61,556 nucleotides of DNA from positions 1-61,556 of IMG/VR virus record IMGVR_UViG_3300030012_003022. The stretch is one strand, 5' to 3'. The translations under genes and the position numbers were made by a program. The notes under the pieces are model-generated. The model was not told where the DNA came from and searched no databases. It saw nothing but the letters and a program-made list of their open reading frames with translations. This document shows positions 10,175 through 19,203 of this stretch, piece by piece; within the stretch, counting starts at the first letter, position 1; every line of letters starts with the position of its first letter. Source of the DNA: a virus (taxonomy: Duplodnaviria > Caudoviricetes).

Positions 10175-10553
10175 GTGAAGTCCTCCTGTATTGTTTGGTT
10201 GGTCTCCAATGGGGGGAAGGTAGTTCTTCCAAGTAACCCCATCTTGCTATTAACTTCAAAGCGTGACCGCACATATCAACAGTCATACCTGCTCTAAATC
10301 GCACAATATCTAAACTTCTTTTTAGAACATCGTTAGCAGAAATCAATTCATCTTCTTGCATCTGCAAGACGATATACATAGTTGCTATCTTTCTGTGCAG
10401 TTTGCGAAGACTCATCACATTACCCATCTTGGATAGTGTGTGTATCAAATCATCGTGATTTAGTGCTACTGCCCGACTGTATATATTCTTGAGTTTGCGA
10501 GGATTACTCTCGGCAATCTCTTTAGACCATTCGGACAGATTAATAGGCATCAC
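10167..10553 (-). CDS. Putative winged-helix DNA-binding protein
   Basis: Helical pattern ending in RWGYLEE..QYRR; coupled within the operon. Confidence 0.45.
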   Translation of the reverse strand: MMPINLSEWSKEIAESNPRKLKNIYSRAVALNHDDLIHTLSKMGNVMSLRKLHRKIATMYIVLQMQEDELISANDVLKRSLDIVRFRAGMTVDMCGHALKLIARWGYLEELPSPHWRPTKQYRRTSLE

Positions 10554-11362
10554 AAAACTCCTCTTTGGAAGATAAAGCCACCTGCGAATCGCAATAGTAT
10601 GCTCATACCTTGACCGTATTCTGCAAAGTTAATAAAGTGGATTGTTAGTAAGTTTCCGTAATCAATATTCTCAAGACCGCCCTCAAACAAACAAGGCTCA
10701 ATGTCTAAGTCTTTTTCTATCTCGCAAAGATAGGTAGTGGTTTCTCCTTTGGTATCTTGCCCCACTCTCAAGAATAGAGAGTCGCCATCACTATACAATT
10801 CAAAGCGATTTACTTTCTGCGAATTTACAGAACCGCTTTCAATAGCATCTTTGAATACGGTGGGGTCAAGCCCAACAGTCGAGGCTTGCGGTGAAATTAT
10901 TTCACCACCCGCAGTAATGTAGGTAAAGCCGTCTATACTTTCCGCCCTCTCTTCCGATTTCAAAGACCATTCAAGAATAGTATCGGTTGTATGTGGGAAA
11001 GCCTTCGCTCTCTTATCTGCCGTAAGTGTGGTAGTCTTTGAGTTAGACTTGACTCGCAATTTATCATCATCTTGTATCAAGGTGATTTTACCTTTGTGTT
11101 TTGATAGGACACCAAGAAGCATGTCAATATCGGGGATAATAATAGATTCGTCTCCATCATCACTAATGTTGCCTTTCACACTAAACTCCGATAGACTTGT
11201 CTTCCCATCTCTAACAATCATGGTAGTCTCTAACTTAATACCACTTCTGCTATGCAAAACGCAACCTTTGACTTGATTAATGGGCTTGCCATTAATCGTG
11301 CATTTCCTTTGTGTATTCTTCAATAACTTTACCAATTCTGCCTTCTCTATTGTAGTTGCCAT
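10550..11362 (-). CDS. Putative DNA sliding clamp (PCNA/beta-clamp-like)
   Basis: 270 aa with a repeated helix/strand pattern, in a replication module that encodes RFC; no diagnostic motif. Confidence 0.4.
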   Translation of the reverse strand: MATTIEKAELVKLLKNTQRKCTINGKPINQVKGCVLHSRSGIKLETTMIVRDGKTSLSEFSVKGNISDDGDESIIIPDIDMLLGVLSKHKGKITLIQDDDKLRVKSNSKTTTLTADKRAKAFPHTTDTILEWSLKSEERAESIDGFTYITAGGEIISPQASTVGLDPTVFKDAIESGSVNSQKVNRFELYSDGDSLFLRVGQDTKGETTTYLCEIEKDLDIEPCLFEGGLENIDYGNLLTIHFINFAEYGQGMSILLRFAGGFIFQRGVL

Positions 11363-11589
11363 GCTTCTTCATCCTCCTCATGTTCATATAAATCCAATGT
11401 TAGTTTTCTACCCCTCATAACTTTATTGCAGTATGAGCAGTTAGATTCTTCACCTTCGATATGCTCATACTTCCCGAAAGAATCCATGCCTTTGCATAGG
11501 AAGTAAGAGAAACCATCCGGACATACTACGGCTATATGAGTAGCCTTTCTGCGCTTGCCGGAACGGACAAGCCTAACCCTTAGAGGCAG
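11347..11589 (-). CDS. 80-aa Zn-finger protein with an apparent CTG start (not in ORF track)
   Basis: Open frame (L)PLRVRLVRSGKRRKATHIAVVC...LC...CSYC...; GGTGA SD-like motif just upstream; an in-frame stop lies further upstream. Confidence 0.55.
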   Translation of the reverse strand: MPLRVRLVRSGKRRKATHIAVVCPDGFSYFLCKGMDSFGKYEHIEGEESNCSYCNKVMRGRKLTLDLYEHEEDEEAWQLQ

Positions 11590-11593
11590 GTCT

Positions 11594-12532
11594 TCACCCC
11601 CACTTCAAGAAAGGGTAGCCCGACCACTTCGCTTTACGGTCTTTTACCTCTAAGATAGTGTGAGTAGTGCCTAACTGCTCTTGATTAAAGCCCTTCATTT
11701 CCTCAATACTCGCTCGTATTTCCCATGCGCCTTCGGCCATGTTAGAGTCTGCCTTTACACCTGCTGCAATATCGCCTTTCTTGGTGTATCTTGCGAGGAA
11801 TATCTGTTGAGAAAACAATCGCATAGTTCCCTTCTCCCAATCCGGAACTTCTCCGACTTTCATCAAGCCCTTCTGTCCGTTGCCTAAATCTGCGAATTGC
11901 TTTACATCTTTTAGATGGAAGGTAAAGAATACTGCATCAACGGGTAGTTGATGTGCGCGATTCATTACATCTCGGAACAATTGATTGCGAACTCGCCATT
12001 CCGCTTGGTTGAACCTGTCTCCATCTTCGACATTGATAGGATTTTTACTGCGATTCATTAGAACATAAGTCATAGCCTGTTCGCACCACTTTAGGAAAGT
12101 GGAACAACCGTCTATAATAACTGCGCCTATGTCGCCTTCTTTTGCCTGTTCACCTATAATCTTGATGAAAAAGCCCATCTTATCAACAAGAGCGACCCAA
12201 TCAGTAGTATTATCTTCCTTGAAGATAGAAGCATCGGTCTCATCGAATATAGGAATAACCCTAATGTTCTCGTCGTCTGCATAGTCGTGTGCGATTGTTT
12301 GAACTGCCGAGTTATCAATGTCAAGAATTATGATTGTCTTATCTTTACCCAAGAACTCTCTTGCGATAGATACCGCAGAACCCGTCTTGGCGGTGTTCTC
12401 TTTACCTGTCAAAGACATTCTAATGGGGGAGTTGGTAGTCCTCTTTCTTGCGAACAATTCCCTGTAATGGTCTATACCAAATACAGTTTCTTCGACCTTC
12501 TCCTCTTTCTTTGCGCCACTTCCCCAAGACAT
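11594..12532 (-). CDS. RecA/Sak4 (AAA_24)-like ATPase
   Basis: Walker A variant GKENTAKT, ILDID, Walker B AVIIDG; adjacent to the SSB gene. Confidence 0.65.
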   Translation of the reverse strand: MSWGSGAKKEEKVEETVFGIDHYRELFARKRTTNSPIRMSLTGKENTAKTGSAVSIAREFLGKDKTIIILDIDNSAVQTIAHDYADDENIRVIPIFDETDASIFKEDNTTDWVALVDKMGFFIKIIGEQAKEGDIGAVIIDGCSTFLKWCEQAMTYVLMNRSKNPINVEDGDRFNQAEWRVRNQLFRDVMNRAHQLPVDAVFFTFHLKDVKQFADLGNGQKGLMKVGEVPDWEKGTMRLFSQQIFLARYTKKGDIAAGVKADSNMAEGAWEIRASIEEMKGFNQEQLGTTHTILEVKDRKAKWSGYPFLKWG

Positions 12533-12537
12533 TCAAA

Positions 12538-13776
12538 TCACTCCCAATCGTCGTCTGCGTTACCACCGTATGCTTCATCGAGGGTCGCTTGATGCGAACC
12601 AAGTGATTCAATACAATGCCATCCTGTAATAGCAAGTCTTCCGTCACCTTCTTTTCCTATGTATGGTTGTCCTACAACCGCTAAGATAGAGCCGATACCA
12701 AAGTCCACTTTGCTATCCTCTTCCGCATTCACATATAGGTCAAGCGGAGGAGACATACTCGTTAAGTCTAAGTCTGCGAGAGCCATGATGTAGCCACCGT
12801 TCTCTCTTGGGTCAATGTGTGCTACTTCCATGACAATACATGCAAGAGCATCCCACTTTTCTTTATCGTCAAGAGTATTTACATACTCTTCAATAGAATC
12901 AAGACCATCTAATACCTTCATATTATCTGCGATAATACCTTTACCTTCGGAATCTAAAGGCGCATAAGGGAATATGGTTGCGACTTCACTTTCAAGAGTG
13001 TAGTGTGAAACACCCGCTTTAGCGTATGCTTTGCCATTCTTGGATAGATTCGCAGGTATTCTTAGAGGCATGAAGGTAGGATAATTTACCTTAGCCAATT
13101 CTCCTCTAAATGCGAAAGGAATCACTTGAATGCCGTCTTCACCTTGCTTTCTACCTACAAATGTGCAGGTTCTTTCAAGGTCTTGCGTTGCCCTTGCTTT
13201 TCCGTATGCGTAGTTAGGAGAGCCGGATGGGTATGTAGGAGAACTCTTGTTCTCAATACATACAAAGTAGCCTGTTCCATCCCCTATGTCTGTCGCTTGC
13301 TTTGGCAAAGATGTTCCATTCATAGAATCAAAACCTTCTGCGAAAGGTTGTTTGTTTGTCAAGGAAGGATTGTGAATAATCTCATACCCGCCTTCATCAT
13401 TGTGTAGGTATAGGGTGATTAGACCCTGTGCCACAAGTGCCTTTCTTGCTTCTTCGTTCAATGTTCCCATCAAGGTCTTGTATTTGTTGTAAAAGACTTT
13501 GCCCCAATCTTTGTATCTCGGACTGCTGATGAACATACCTTCAAGCATAACACAACCGCTACGGGCTAATTTTGCTTTTGTCGCTCTCATTTCTGCCGCA
13601 CCCATTCTAAGTGTCTTTGTGTGCATGTCCTCTTCGGTGACACCCGCTTTTAGAAGGGAAGCACCTTCTCTCTCCATTAGAGAGTTGTGCCTTTGCTTCA
13701 ATTCATTCACGGAACAACCGATGTTTTTTGCTATTCTTTCATACATATTTTCGTCTATCATATTTCTTCGCCTCAC
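12538..13776 (-). CDS. Putative ssDNA-binding protein (RPA-like OB folds)
   Basis: OB-like C-terminal segment (ALADL..DLYV..FGIGSILAVVGQ), acidic tail with PIP-like QATLDEAY; replication context. Confidence 0.5.
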   Translation of the reverse strand: MRRRNMIDENMYERIAKNIGCSVNELKQRHNSLMEREGASLLKAGVTEEDMHTKTLRMGAAEMRATKAKLARSGCVMLEGMFISSPRYKDWGKVFYNKYKTLMGTLNEEARKALVAQGLITLYLHNDEGGYEIIHNPSLTNKQPFAEGFDSMNGTSLPKQATDIGDGTGYFVCIENKSSPTYPSGSPNYAYGKARATQDLERTCTFVGRKQGEDGIQVIPFAFRGELAKVNYPTFMPLRIPANLSKNGKAYAKAGVSHYTLESEVATIFPYAPLDSEGKGIIADNMKVLDGLDSIEEYVNTLDDKEKWDALACIVMEVAHIDPRENGGYIMALADLDLTSMSPPLDLYVNAEEDSKVDFGIGSILAVVGQPYIGKEGDGRLAITGWHCIESLGSHQATLDEAYGGNADDDWE

Positions 13777-13812
13777 TTTGCTTGTATTCTGTCCTAAACT
13801 CCCATGTCCTTA

Positions 13813-14703
13813 TTAACCAACCGATGCCAACAATCTGCAATAATTCCATGATACAATCGCTTCATCAACACCCATGAGTATATCTCTCTCACTTGTGATT
13901 GAAGCATCTATCACTTTCATTTTTGCTTCTGTGCTTACGCTTGATTCGACGGCATAATCAAGAACTGTCTTGATGGTCTGTCGTAAAGGCATGGACTCTA
14001 TCATCTTATGTGCGGATTCAACCGCCTTTGCTTTACACGCAGTCTTTAGAAAAGACTTGCTATTGAAACTTGAATCACCGAGAATAGAAATATATTTCTC
14101 TTTTTCGGGATGAACTGAATAGGATTGTAGGCAGTTTATTGCGTTTCGCAAATCGCCTTCATGTCTCTTTGCTATACTGCTCAAATGTTCGGATGGGATA
14201 GTAAGTAATTCTTCTGTTGCTATCATATTAAGTGCGTGATACATATCTCCATATCTTATAGGTGCGAAAGTCCGGACTTGACACCTTGATTGAAGCCAAC
14301 GACTTACTTTACCCAAGTCGTTGCATGTGAGTATGAAATAGCAAGTCGCATTTTCAATGACTCCTTTAAGTGCATCTTGCGCTTGTATAGTTAGACGGTC
14401 TGCTTCATCGAGCAGTATGATTGTCTCCCATCTCCCACTTTGCGATAGTGGAATCAAGTCTTCTTCAACAAACTCAATACCTCTTTGTCTCTTTGAGGAT
14501 GCGTTGAAGATGTGTAGTTGGAAACCTAACTTCTTTGCTAATAGGTGTGCCGCACTTGTCTTTCCCGTTCCTGCTTCGGGGGAATGAAACAAATAGTGTT
14601 GCATGTTGTCTTTTGTCAAATTTGACAATTCCTCTCTTAGGATAGGTTGCCCTACAAACTTATCCCATGTATCGGGTCGGTGTTTGCTAAACCATAGACT
14701 CAT
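13813..14703 (-). CDS. rfcS: Replication factor C small subunit (clamp loader)
   Basis: WFSKHRP, GTGKTS, NAS..RGI, DEAD, SRC, GDLRNAIN.LQ. Confidence 0.9.
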   Translation of the reverse strand: MSLWFSKHRPDTWDKFVGQPILREELSNLTKDNMQHYLFHSPEAGTGKTSAAHLLAKKLGFQLHIFNASSKRQRGIEFVEEDLIPLSQSGRWETIILLDEADRLTIQAQDALKGVIENATCYFILTCNDLGKVSRWLQSRCQVRTFAPIRYGDMYHALNMIATEELLTIPSEHLSSIAKRHEGDLRNAINCLQSYSVHPEKEKYISILGDSSFNSKSFLKTACKAKAVESAHKMIESMPLRQTIKTVLDYAVESSVSTEAKMKVIDASITSERDILMGVDEAIVSWNYCRLLASVG

Positions 14704-14891
14704 TGTGCTACCTCCAACTCATCTTTGTAGTGTTGAGCCATTTCCTCAAGCCATAGTTCTTCATAACACTCTTTGCATGTCTCGTTCATTTCGGTTGCGA
14801 TTGCATCATCACACATTCTGCATAGGATGAGACCCTTTCTTTTAATGACCCACTTGAAAGTCTTTTTGCCAATCTTTTCAATCAAGCCCAA
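14700..14891 (-). CDS. Small Zn-finger protein
   Basis: CRMC...CKEC; overlaps both neighbours. Confidence 0.6.
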   Translation of the reverse strand: MGLIEKIGKKTFKWVIKRKGLILCRMCDDAIATEMNETCKECYEELWLEEMAQHYKDELEVAQ

Positions 14892-15489
14892 GAGTATGCC
14901 CCCTACTTAGCAAAAAGTCTTGGACTGTGTCCTTTACCTGCACGAACATACCGTGTGGGCTTCTTCCGCTACTGTCAATCATCATGCACCTTGAGCGATT
15001 TGCTAAATGCTCATCTAAGGCTACCATGTTTTCGCTTGCGTGTTTTAGATGTATGTCTTCTGCACCACGCTCAATTAGGGTGTTTGTATCTGCATATATG
15101 CGAATAATCATACCGCCATTTGACAACACATCTTCTGCCTCGTTGATGTGTCTTACATCATCAACAATAGCGAACTTCATTCCCTTTTCCTGTGCATACT
15201 TGCGAAGACGCAAGACCCAATAATCAATATCTTCCATGTCTCTTCTTGCTTGACCCCATGCTTGCAGTAAAGGTCTTGTCTTGGATTTATCTAAATCTTC
15301 AAGGTTGTCCCACATGAAGCGCGCTTCATTCTTACGCATCTTCGGGAAGAACGCCTGTGCTACTTCCATACGCAAAGACTCCGCATAGGATAGAATAGGT
15401 AGGTTGTATCTCGTTGCGAGCGTTAGAGCAAGAGTGGACTTGCCGGACTTCATATTGCCCGCTATGCCTATAAGTATAGTTTCAGTCAC
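14878..15489 (-). CDS. Deoxynucleoside monophosphate kinase
   Basis: GIAGNMKSGKST, RPLLQAWG, DDVRHINE. Confidence 0.8.
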   Translation of the reverse strand: MTETILIGIAGNMKSGKSTLALTLATRYNLPILSYAESLRMEVAQAFFPKMRKNEARFMWDNLEDLDKSKTRPLLQAWGQARRDMEDIDYWVLRLRKYAQEKGMKFAIVDDVRHINEAEDVLSNGGMIIRIYADTNTLIERGAEDIHLKHASENMVALDEHLANRSRCMMIDSSGRSPHGMFVQVKDTVQDFLLSRGHTLGLD

Positions 15490-15710
15490 TCTTCTTCACT
15501 CCTTAGACCTGCTTCCAATACCTTTTTTGCTTCACCTGCATAGCCTCTCTCTATGTGTAGTATGGCCTTTATGACCGTATGCTTTAGTGCGTATATCCTA
15601 TCAACCAAATCCGATACTATCTCCATTACGCTATCTTGCGCTTGCTTCTGTGCCTTCTCTATAATCTCTTTGCTCATATCCATTCCTCCATATTTTTCTC
15701 TTTGAGACAT
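15486..15710 (-). CDS. Hypothetical protein
   Basis: Coupled ORF in the operon. Confidence 0.55.
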   Translation of the reverse strand: MSQREKYGGMDMSKEIIEKAQKQAQDSVMEIVSDLVDRIYALKHTVIKAILHIERGYAGEAKKVLEAGLRSEEE

Positions 15711-15943
15711 TCAATCCTCTTCTTCGACTTCTCCGCCTCACTCATCTTGCCGATAGAGTTCTCCTTAATAGTCTTAACCTTCTTGGTCTTACTCAAAAAG
15801 TTAAGTCCTTCGGGGAAACAAATCTCACACGGCTTCATAGAGAGTGCCGTCTTGTCGCTAATCATACCGTAGTCGTAAATGTCAGCCCCACATTTGTAGG
15901 TCTTCGACATTGATGCTCTTGCATGCAGTTTTCTTCCGGTCAT
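15674..15943 (-). CDS. Hypothetical Zn-binding protein
   Basis: H..C..CxxC; TTTATAA about 30 nt upstream. Confidence 0.55.
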   Translation of the reverse strand: MTGRKLHARASMSKTYKCGADIYDYGMISDKTALSMKPCEICFPEGLNFLSKTKKVKTIKENSIGKMSEAEKSKKRIECLKEKNMEEWI

Positions 15944-15966
15944 GTTTGACGATACAGACTAAGTCA

Positions 15967-16383
15967 TTATAAATCAGTCGGTTGTCGTCTTTGACATACG
16001 AGGCATTCTGTCCACTTGTCCTTTATCAAACGCATCTGTCCACAGGAAACGCATCTTTGCGACAAGTCCTTCTGCTTCTGCGTCATTGTTGAGTAGGGTC
16101 TTGTGTATAGCAAATCTTCTTTGTCGTGGATAATCTCATCGTTAATCGCATACACTACATTCTTAGTCTTGAGTCCATTCCCTACATCAACCATCTCATA
16201 GCCGTCTTGCTTAATCTGCAAGTTCTTGGATAGCATAGCAGTTAAACTTGAGTCGTTTGGTAGGGAACGGAACTCTCCTTCTGTTAGTAATATAGAAGCC
16301 ATTTCGATACGCGTCATTCTCCCTCGCTCAAAGAGGATTTCCGCTACCCTCCTTCTTATGCGAGAGTTATTACGCGCCATCAC
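15967..16383 (-). CDS. Winged-helix plus C-terminal Zn-ribbon protein
   Basis: HTH-like N-terminus; CVSC...CLVC. Confidence 0.55.
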   Translation of the reverse strand: MMARNNSRIRRRVAEILFERGRMTRIEMASILLTEGEFRSLPNDSSLTAMLSKNLQIKQDGYEMVDVGNGLKTKNVVYAINDEIIHDKEDLLYTRPYSTMTQKQKDLSQRCVSCGQMRLIKDKWTECLVCQRRQPTDL

Positions 16384-16410
16384 ATAACTGTAAATCGCAA
16401 GAGTATTTAT

Positions 16411-16593
16411 TCATTCCGATAAATAACCTAAAAACGCAAGGTTAGCATCATCTTCCTTAACATTCACACTCTCTCCATCTAACTTATTAGATGCAGGGTT
16501 AATCCACAAAATTATGAATTGAACAAAACCTTGCTTGAAAGGCGTTGCTAAAAGCAACAGACCAATAGAGCATAGAGCATCAATCATATCCAA
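16411..16593 (-). CDS. Small membrane protein
   Basis: Hydrophobic N-terminal half; coupled start. Confidence 0.5.
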   Translation of the reverse strand: MDMIDALCSIGLLLLATPFKQGFVQFIILWINPASNKLDGESVNVKEDDANLAFLGYLSE

Positions 16594-17252
16594 CCCATCT
16601 CCTTCTGTTTGCGTTTCTTTGCTTTCTTAGGAAGTGTGTCTTTTGCTACTGAACGAATCTCATTAGATACTGTTGCATCTCCGAGTATTATTTCATCTCT
16701 ATACATATCGCTTTCTCTAAATCCATAAGGTAGTATGGATTCTTCTTCCTTGCGTTTTTTCGCAGGATACGAAGGTCTCGCAACAACATTACAACCAAAT
16801 GTTATTGCAGCCATTTGATAATAATTAGGACACCACTTGAATGATTTAGCAAGTAATCTCCATAGTTCTATGTCTTTGTGATTCTCTCGTAAGAAAGATA
16901 GCATTAGCGGAACGGGAATATCTTTTGCTAAAGCCCATGCTCTATTCTTGTTATCCCATTTGAGAACCGCTTGTATAGCGGGCATATAATCAACCTTACT
17001 ATCCTTGATTGATTTGTCATAAATGACATTGTCATGTTTAATCTTTGGTGGATTGTTGCATACTATAACCAAACGATACGCAACATAGTCAAGCCACGAC
17101 ATACATTCCTCTTTGGATATGCGAGGCATGTGTGCTATGACTGTCAAATCTTTAGTTGTAGGAGAACAAATTATTCCTTCTCCCTCGACATACTCGCCCT
17201 TCTTATATGGCGCAGTATCATGCGTAAAAATGACGACTCCCATCATCTTCAC
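16584..17252 (-). CDS. Hypothetical protein, possibly a second degenerate clamp-loader subunit
   Basis: Long coupled ORF; the function is a guess from context only. Confidence 0.5.
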   Translation of the reverse strand: MKMMGVVIFTHDTAPYKKGEYVEGEGIICSPTTKDLTVIAHMPRISKEECMSWLDYVAYRLVIVCNNPPKIKHDNVIYDKSIKDSKVDYMPAIQAVLKWDNKNRAWALAKDIPVPLMLSFLRENHKDIELWRLLAKSFKWCPNYYQMAAITFGCNVVARPSYPAKKRKEEESILPYGFRESDMYRDEIILGDATVSNEIRSVAKDTLPKKAKKRKQKEMGWI

Positions 17253-17490
17253 CTTCTATGCGAGAGAACTCCAAGACTCCTCTCGTAGTCTTTCTTCCTA
17301 TCAATTGACCTCTTGCTTCCATAATACGAAGCCAACGCGATACTGCATATACATTCACAGACATTGTCTTTTGCGGTAATTCTTCTATCACCTTCGGTAA
17401 TAATTGGTCTGCCGTGAACCATTCGCTCAAATCCCAATTTTGAACTGCCGCTTTGATAGCAGGTTCTCTATATGCTTTGTTAGGCATCAT
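17218..17490 (-). CDS. Winged-helix DNA-binding protein
   Basis: WFTADQL...VYAVSRWLR..G.L..EFSR pattern. Confidence 0.55.
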   Translation of the reverse strand: MMPNKAYREPAIKAAVQNWDLSEWFTADQLLPKVIEELPQKTMSVNVYAVSRWLRIMEARGQLIGRKTTRGVLEFSRIEGEDDGSRHFYA

Positions 17491-17597
17491 ACATACCCCC
17501 TTTCAAAGACATAACAATCTTCGCACATAACATCATCATCAACCCACTTCGCCTCATCATAATCAATCATCACTCCACATAAACAACATTCCATCAT
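17487..17597 (-). CDS. 36-aa Zn-finger microprotein (not in ORF track)
   Basis: MMECCLCG...MCEDCYVFERGYV; its TGA overlaps the next ATG. Confidence 0.6.
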   Translation of the reverse strand: MMECCLCGVMIDYDEAKWVDDDVMCEDCYVFERGYV

Positions 17598-17598
17598 A

Positions 17599-17877
17599 CT
17601 ACTCTTCCTCCGCTATCTCTATAAACGAATCGTTCATATAAACCCACCGTTCAAACCTTTGCATTTGGCTTTTAGATAAATTCCACATCTCCCCAACAAC
17701 CTTTTTTTGAACGGGATAACGACCTGCATACCACTTGACACCGTCTAATGTCAAGATGGCTATTAGTCCATCTTCATACATCTTACGAGCAATCTTGGGA
17801 TATTCTGTCTGTGGTATTGGTCTCGCAATCAATTGATTGAAATGCGGCCTCCACTTGACAGGTTCTCCGGCACTCAT
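17599..17877 (-). CDS. Hypothetical protein
   Basis: Coupled ORF. Confidence 0.6.
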   Translation of the reverse strand: MSAGEPVKWRPHFNQLIARPIPQTEYPKIARKMYEDGLIAILTLDGVKWYAGRYPVQKKVVGEMWNLSKSQMQRFERWVYMNDSFIEIAEEE

Positions 17878-18065
17878 TCTCTCACCACCCTCATATATCC
17901 GCAGTATTTACGCTTTCCATTCGGCATGTATGTCCGACAAGAAGTGTATCTAACTTTTGCTTCACGACCACAATTAGAACATCTTCGCAACTGCGATACA
18001 GGCATAGCATATCCCATACCTCCCCTATCTTCACCGTAGGTTATACCCATCACGCTTCCTCCCAT
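17874..18065 (-). CDS. Small Zn-finger protein
   Basis: CSNC...C...YCG. Confidence 0.55.
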   Translation of the reverse strand: MGGSVMGITYGEDRGGMGYAMPVSQLRRCSNCGREAKVRYTSCRTYMPNGKRKYCGYMRVVRE

Positions 18066-18670
18066 GTAGTATCTATGTAGGTAGGTTCTTTCAAAGCACC
18101 TACTCGCAATTCTATTTGGTTTAGCAATTGAGGCTCACTACGCAGAACATCAACGAGGATTCCCATGACACCATTTACTTGTTGTTGTGCTAACAACAAC
18201 TGCGAATCAACACCTATCTCTTGCTTCAAAGTTCCTATGAGTTTGAGACTTGTGTTTGCTTGGCCTACTAATCTTGTAGCATTAGCAATCCATTCTGCGT
18301 TTATTCCTTCTGCATCTTTCTGCGCTTCCCATTCATCCAACCAACGCTCGATTCTGCTAAATACATTTTCTGCCATATCCAAAGTGCTTATCGCTTCTTT
18401 GCGAGTATGCTCAACCGCCTTTGCTTCCTGCGGGTCATAGGTCATGTGTCCTTGCATGTGCATTTCCGTCGTGCCATCTTCCCACCCATTAGTGGTATCA
18501 AGATAAGCAGGAGTCATATTACCCATGAAGACTTGCGATTCTAATTCCTTTCTTTGCTGGTGATTACACAAAGGACATTCGGGGGATTCAAGAACCCACT
18601 TCAAAGTCTGTATCACTTTAGTATCTTCTTCGTATTTGATTCTCTCTTCAATCAACCATTTACTCTTCAT
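18050..18670 (-). CDS. Zn-finger/HTH plus coiled-coil protein
   Basis: CPLCNH.R..LE...HMQGH followed by a helical region. Confidence 0.6.
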   Translation of the reverse strand: MKSKWLIEERIKYEEDTKVIQTLKWVLESPECPLCNHQQRKELESQVFMGNMTPAYLDTTNGWEDGTTEMHMQGHMTYDPQEAKAVEHTRKEAISTLDMAENVFSRIERWLDEWEAQKDAEGINAEWIANATRLVGQANTSLKLIGTLKQEIGVDSQLLLAQQQVNGVMGILVDVLRSEPQLLNQIELRVGALKEPTYIDTTWEEA

Positions 18671-18929
18671 GTGTTAGCCTCCATATCTTCTGCTTGGCTT
18701 GCCATTTACCCATTTCATGTATGCTTCCCCTGTCTTCGTATTCTCCTATGAATCTATCGTCTCGCATCAATATCTGCGTTGCACTCATAACATTCTTGGG
18801 CTTACTCTTATGCACACCTGCCGATAACCATAGTGTGCGGGTGAAAGACGCACCATTTTCTTTAATGTATTCCACGCACTTATCCCTCCATCTTCGATAA
18901 TGTGTCTTTTTACTCGGCATTCTCATCAT
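18660..18929 (-). CDS. Winged-helix protein, paralog of 18910-19203
   Basis: Shared pattern W....Y...NG, T.IL..DDRF, WR[LV]. Confidence 0.6.
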   Translation of the reverse strand: MMRMPSKKTHYRRWRDKCVEYIKENGASFTRTLWLSAGVHKSKPKNVMSATQILMRDDRFIGEYEDRGSIHEMGKWQAKQKIWRLTHEE

Positions 18930-19203
18930 CCCTCCTATCTCTTACTCTCCAATAGGAAGTCCTGCGTGTTCCGGAAAAATCTGTGCCTTCGTTGATAATC
19001 ACTTCCTCAAACCTATCATCCCCACGCAAAATCCATGTTATGCCCCTTGAGTGAGGAGGATTCCTCCACCTGCGACCCTTCTTGCTTTTAACCACCAAAG
19101 GCAAGTCTGTTGCCTTTGCCATTCCGTTCTCGCAAGTTTTCAAATATCTATATGCCGCTTCTTTCCATACTTTGTGTTTCTTTCCCATATTCAACCACCC
19201 CAA
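18910..19203 (-). CDS. Winged-helix protein, paralog of 18660-18929
   Basis: Same shared pattern as the adjacent gene. Confidence 0.6.
   Translation of the reverse strand: MGWLNMGKKHKVWKEAAYRYLKTCENGMAKATDLPLVVKSKKGRRWRNPPHSRGITWILRGDDRFEEVIINEGTDFSGTRRTSYWRVRDRRDDENAE

Noticed and set aside
18050-18670. Terminase small subunit call
   Set aside because: The Zn/HTH plus coiled-coil layout is compatible, but the gene is far from terL and inside the replication operon, so support is insufficient.
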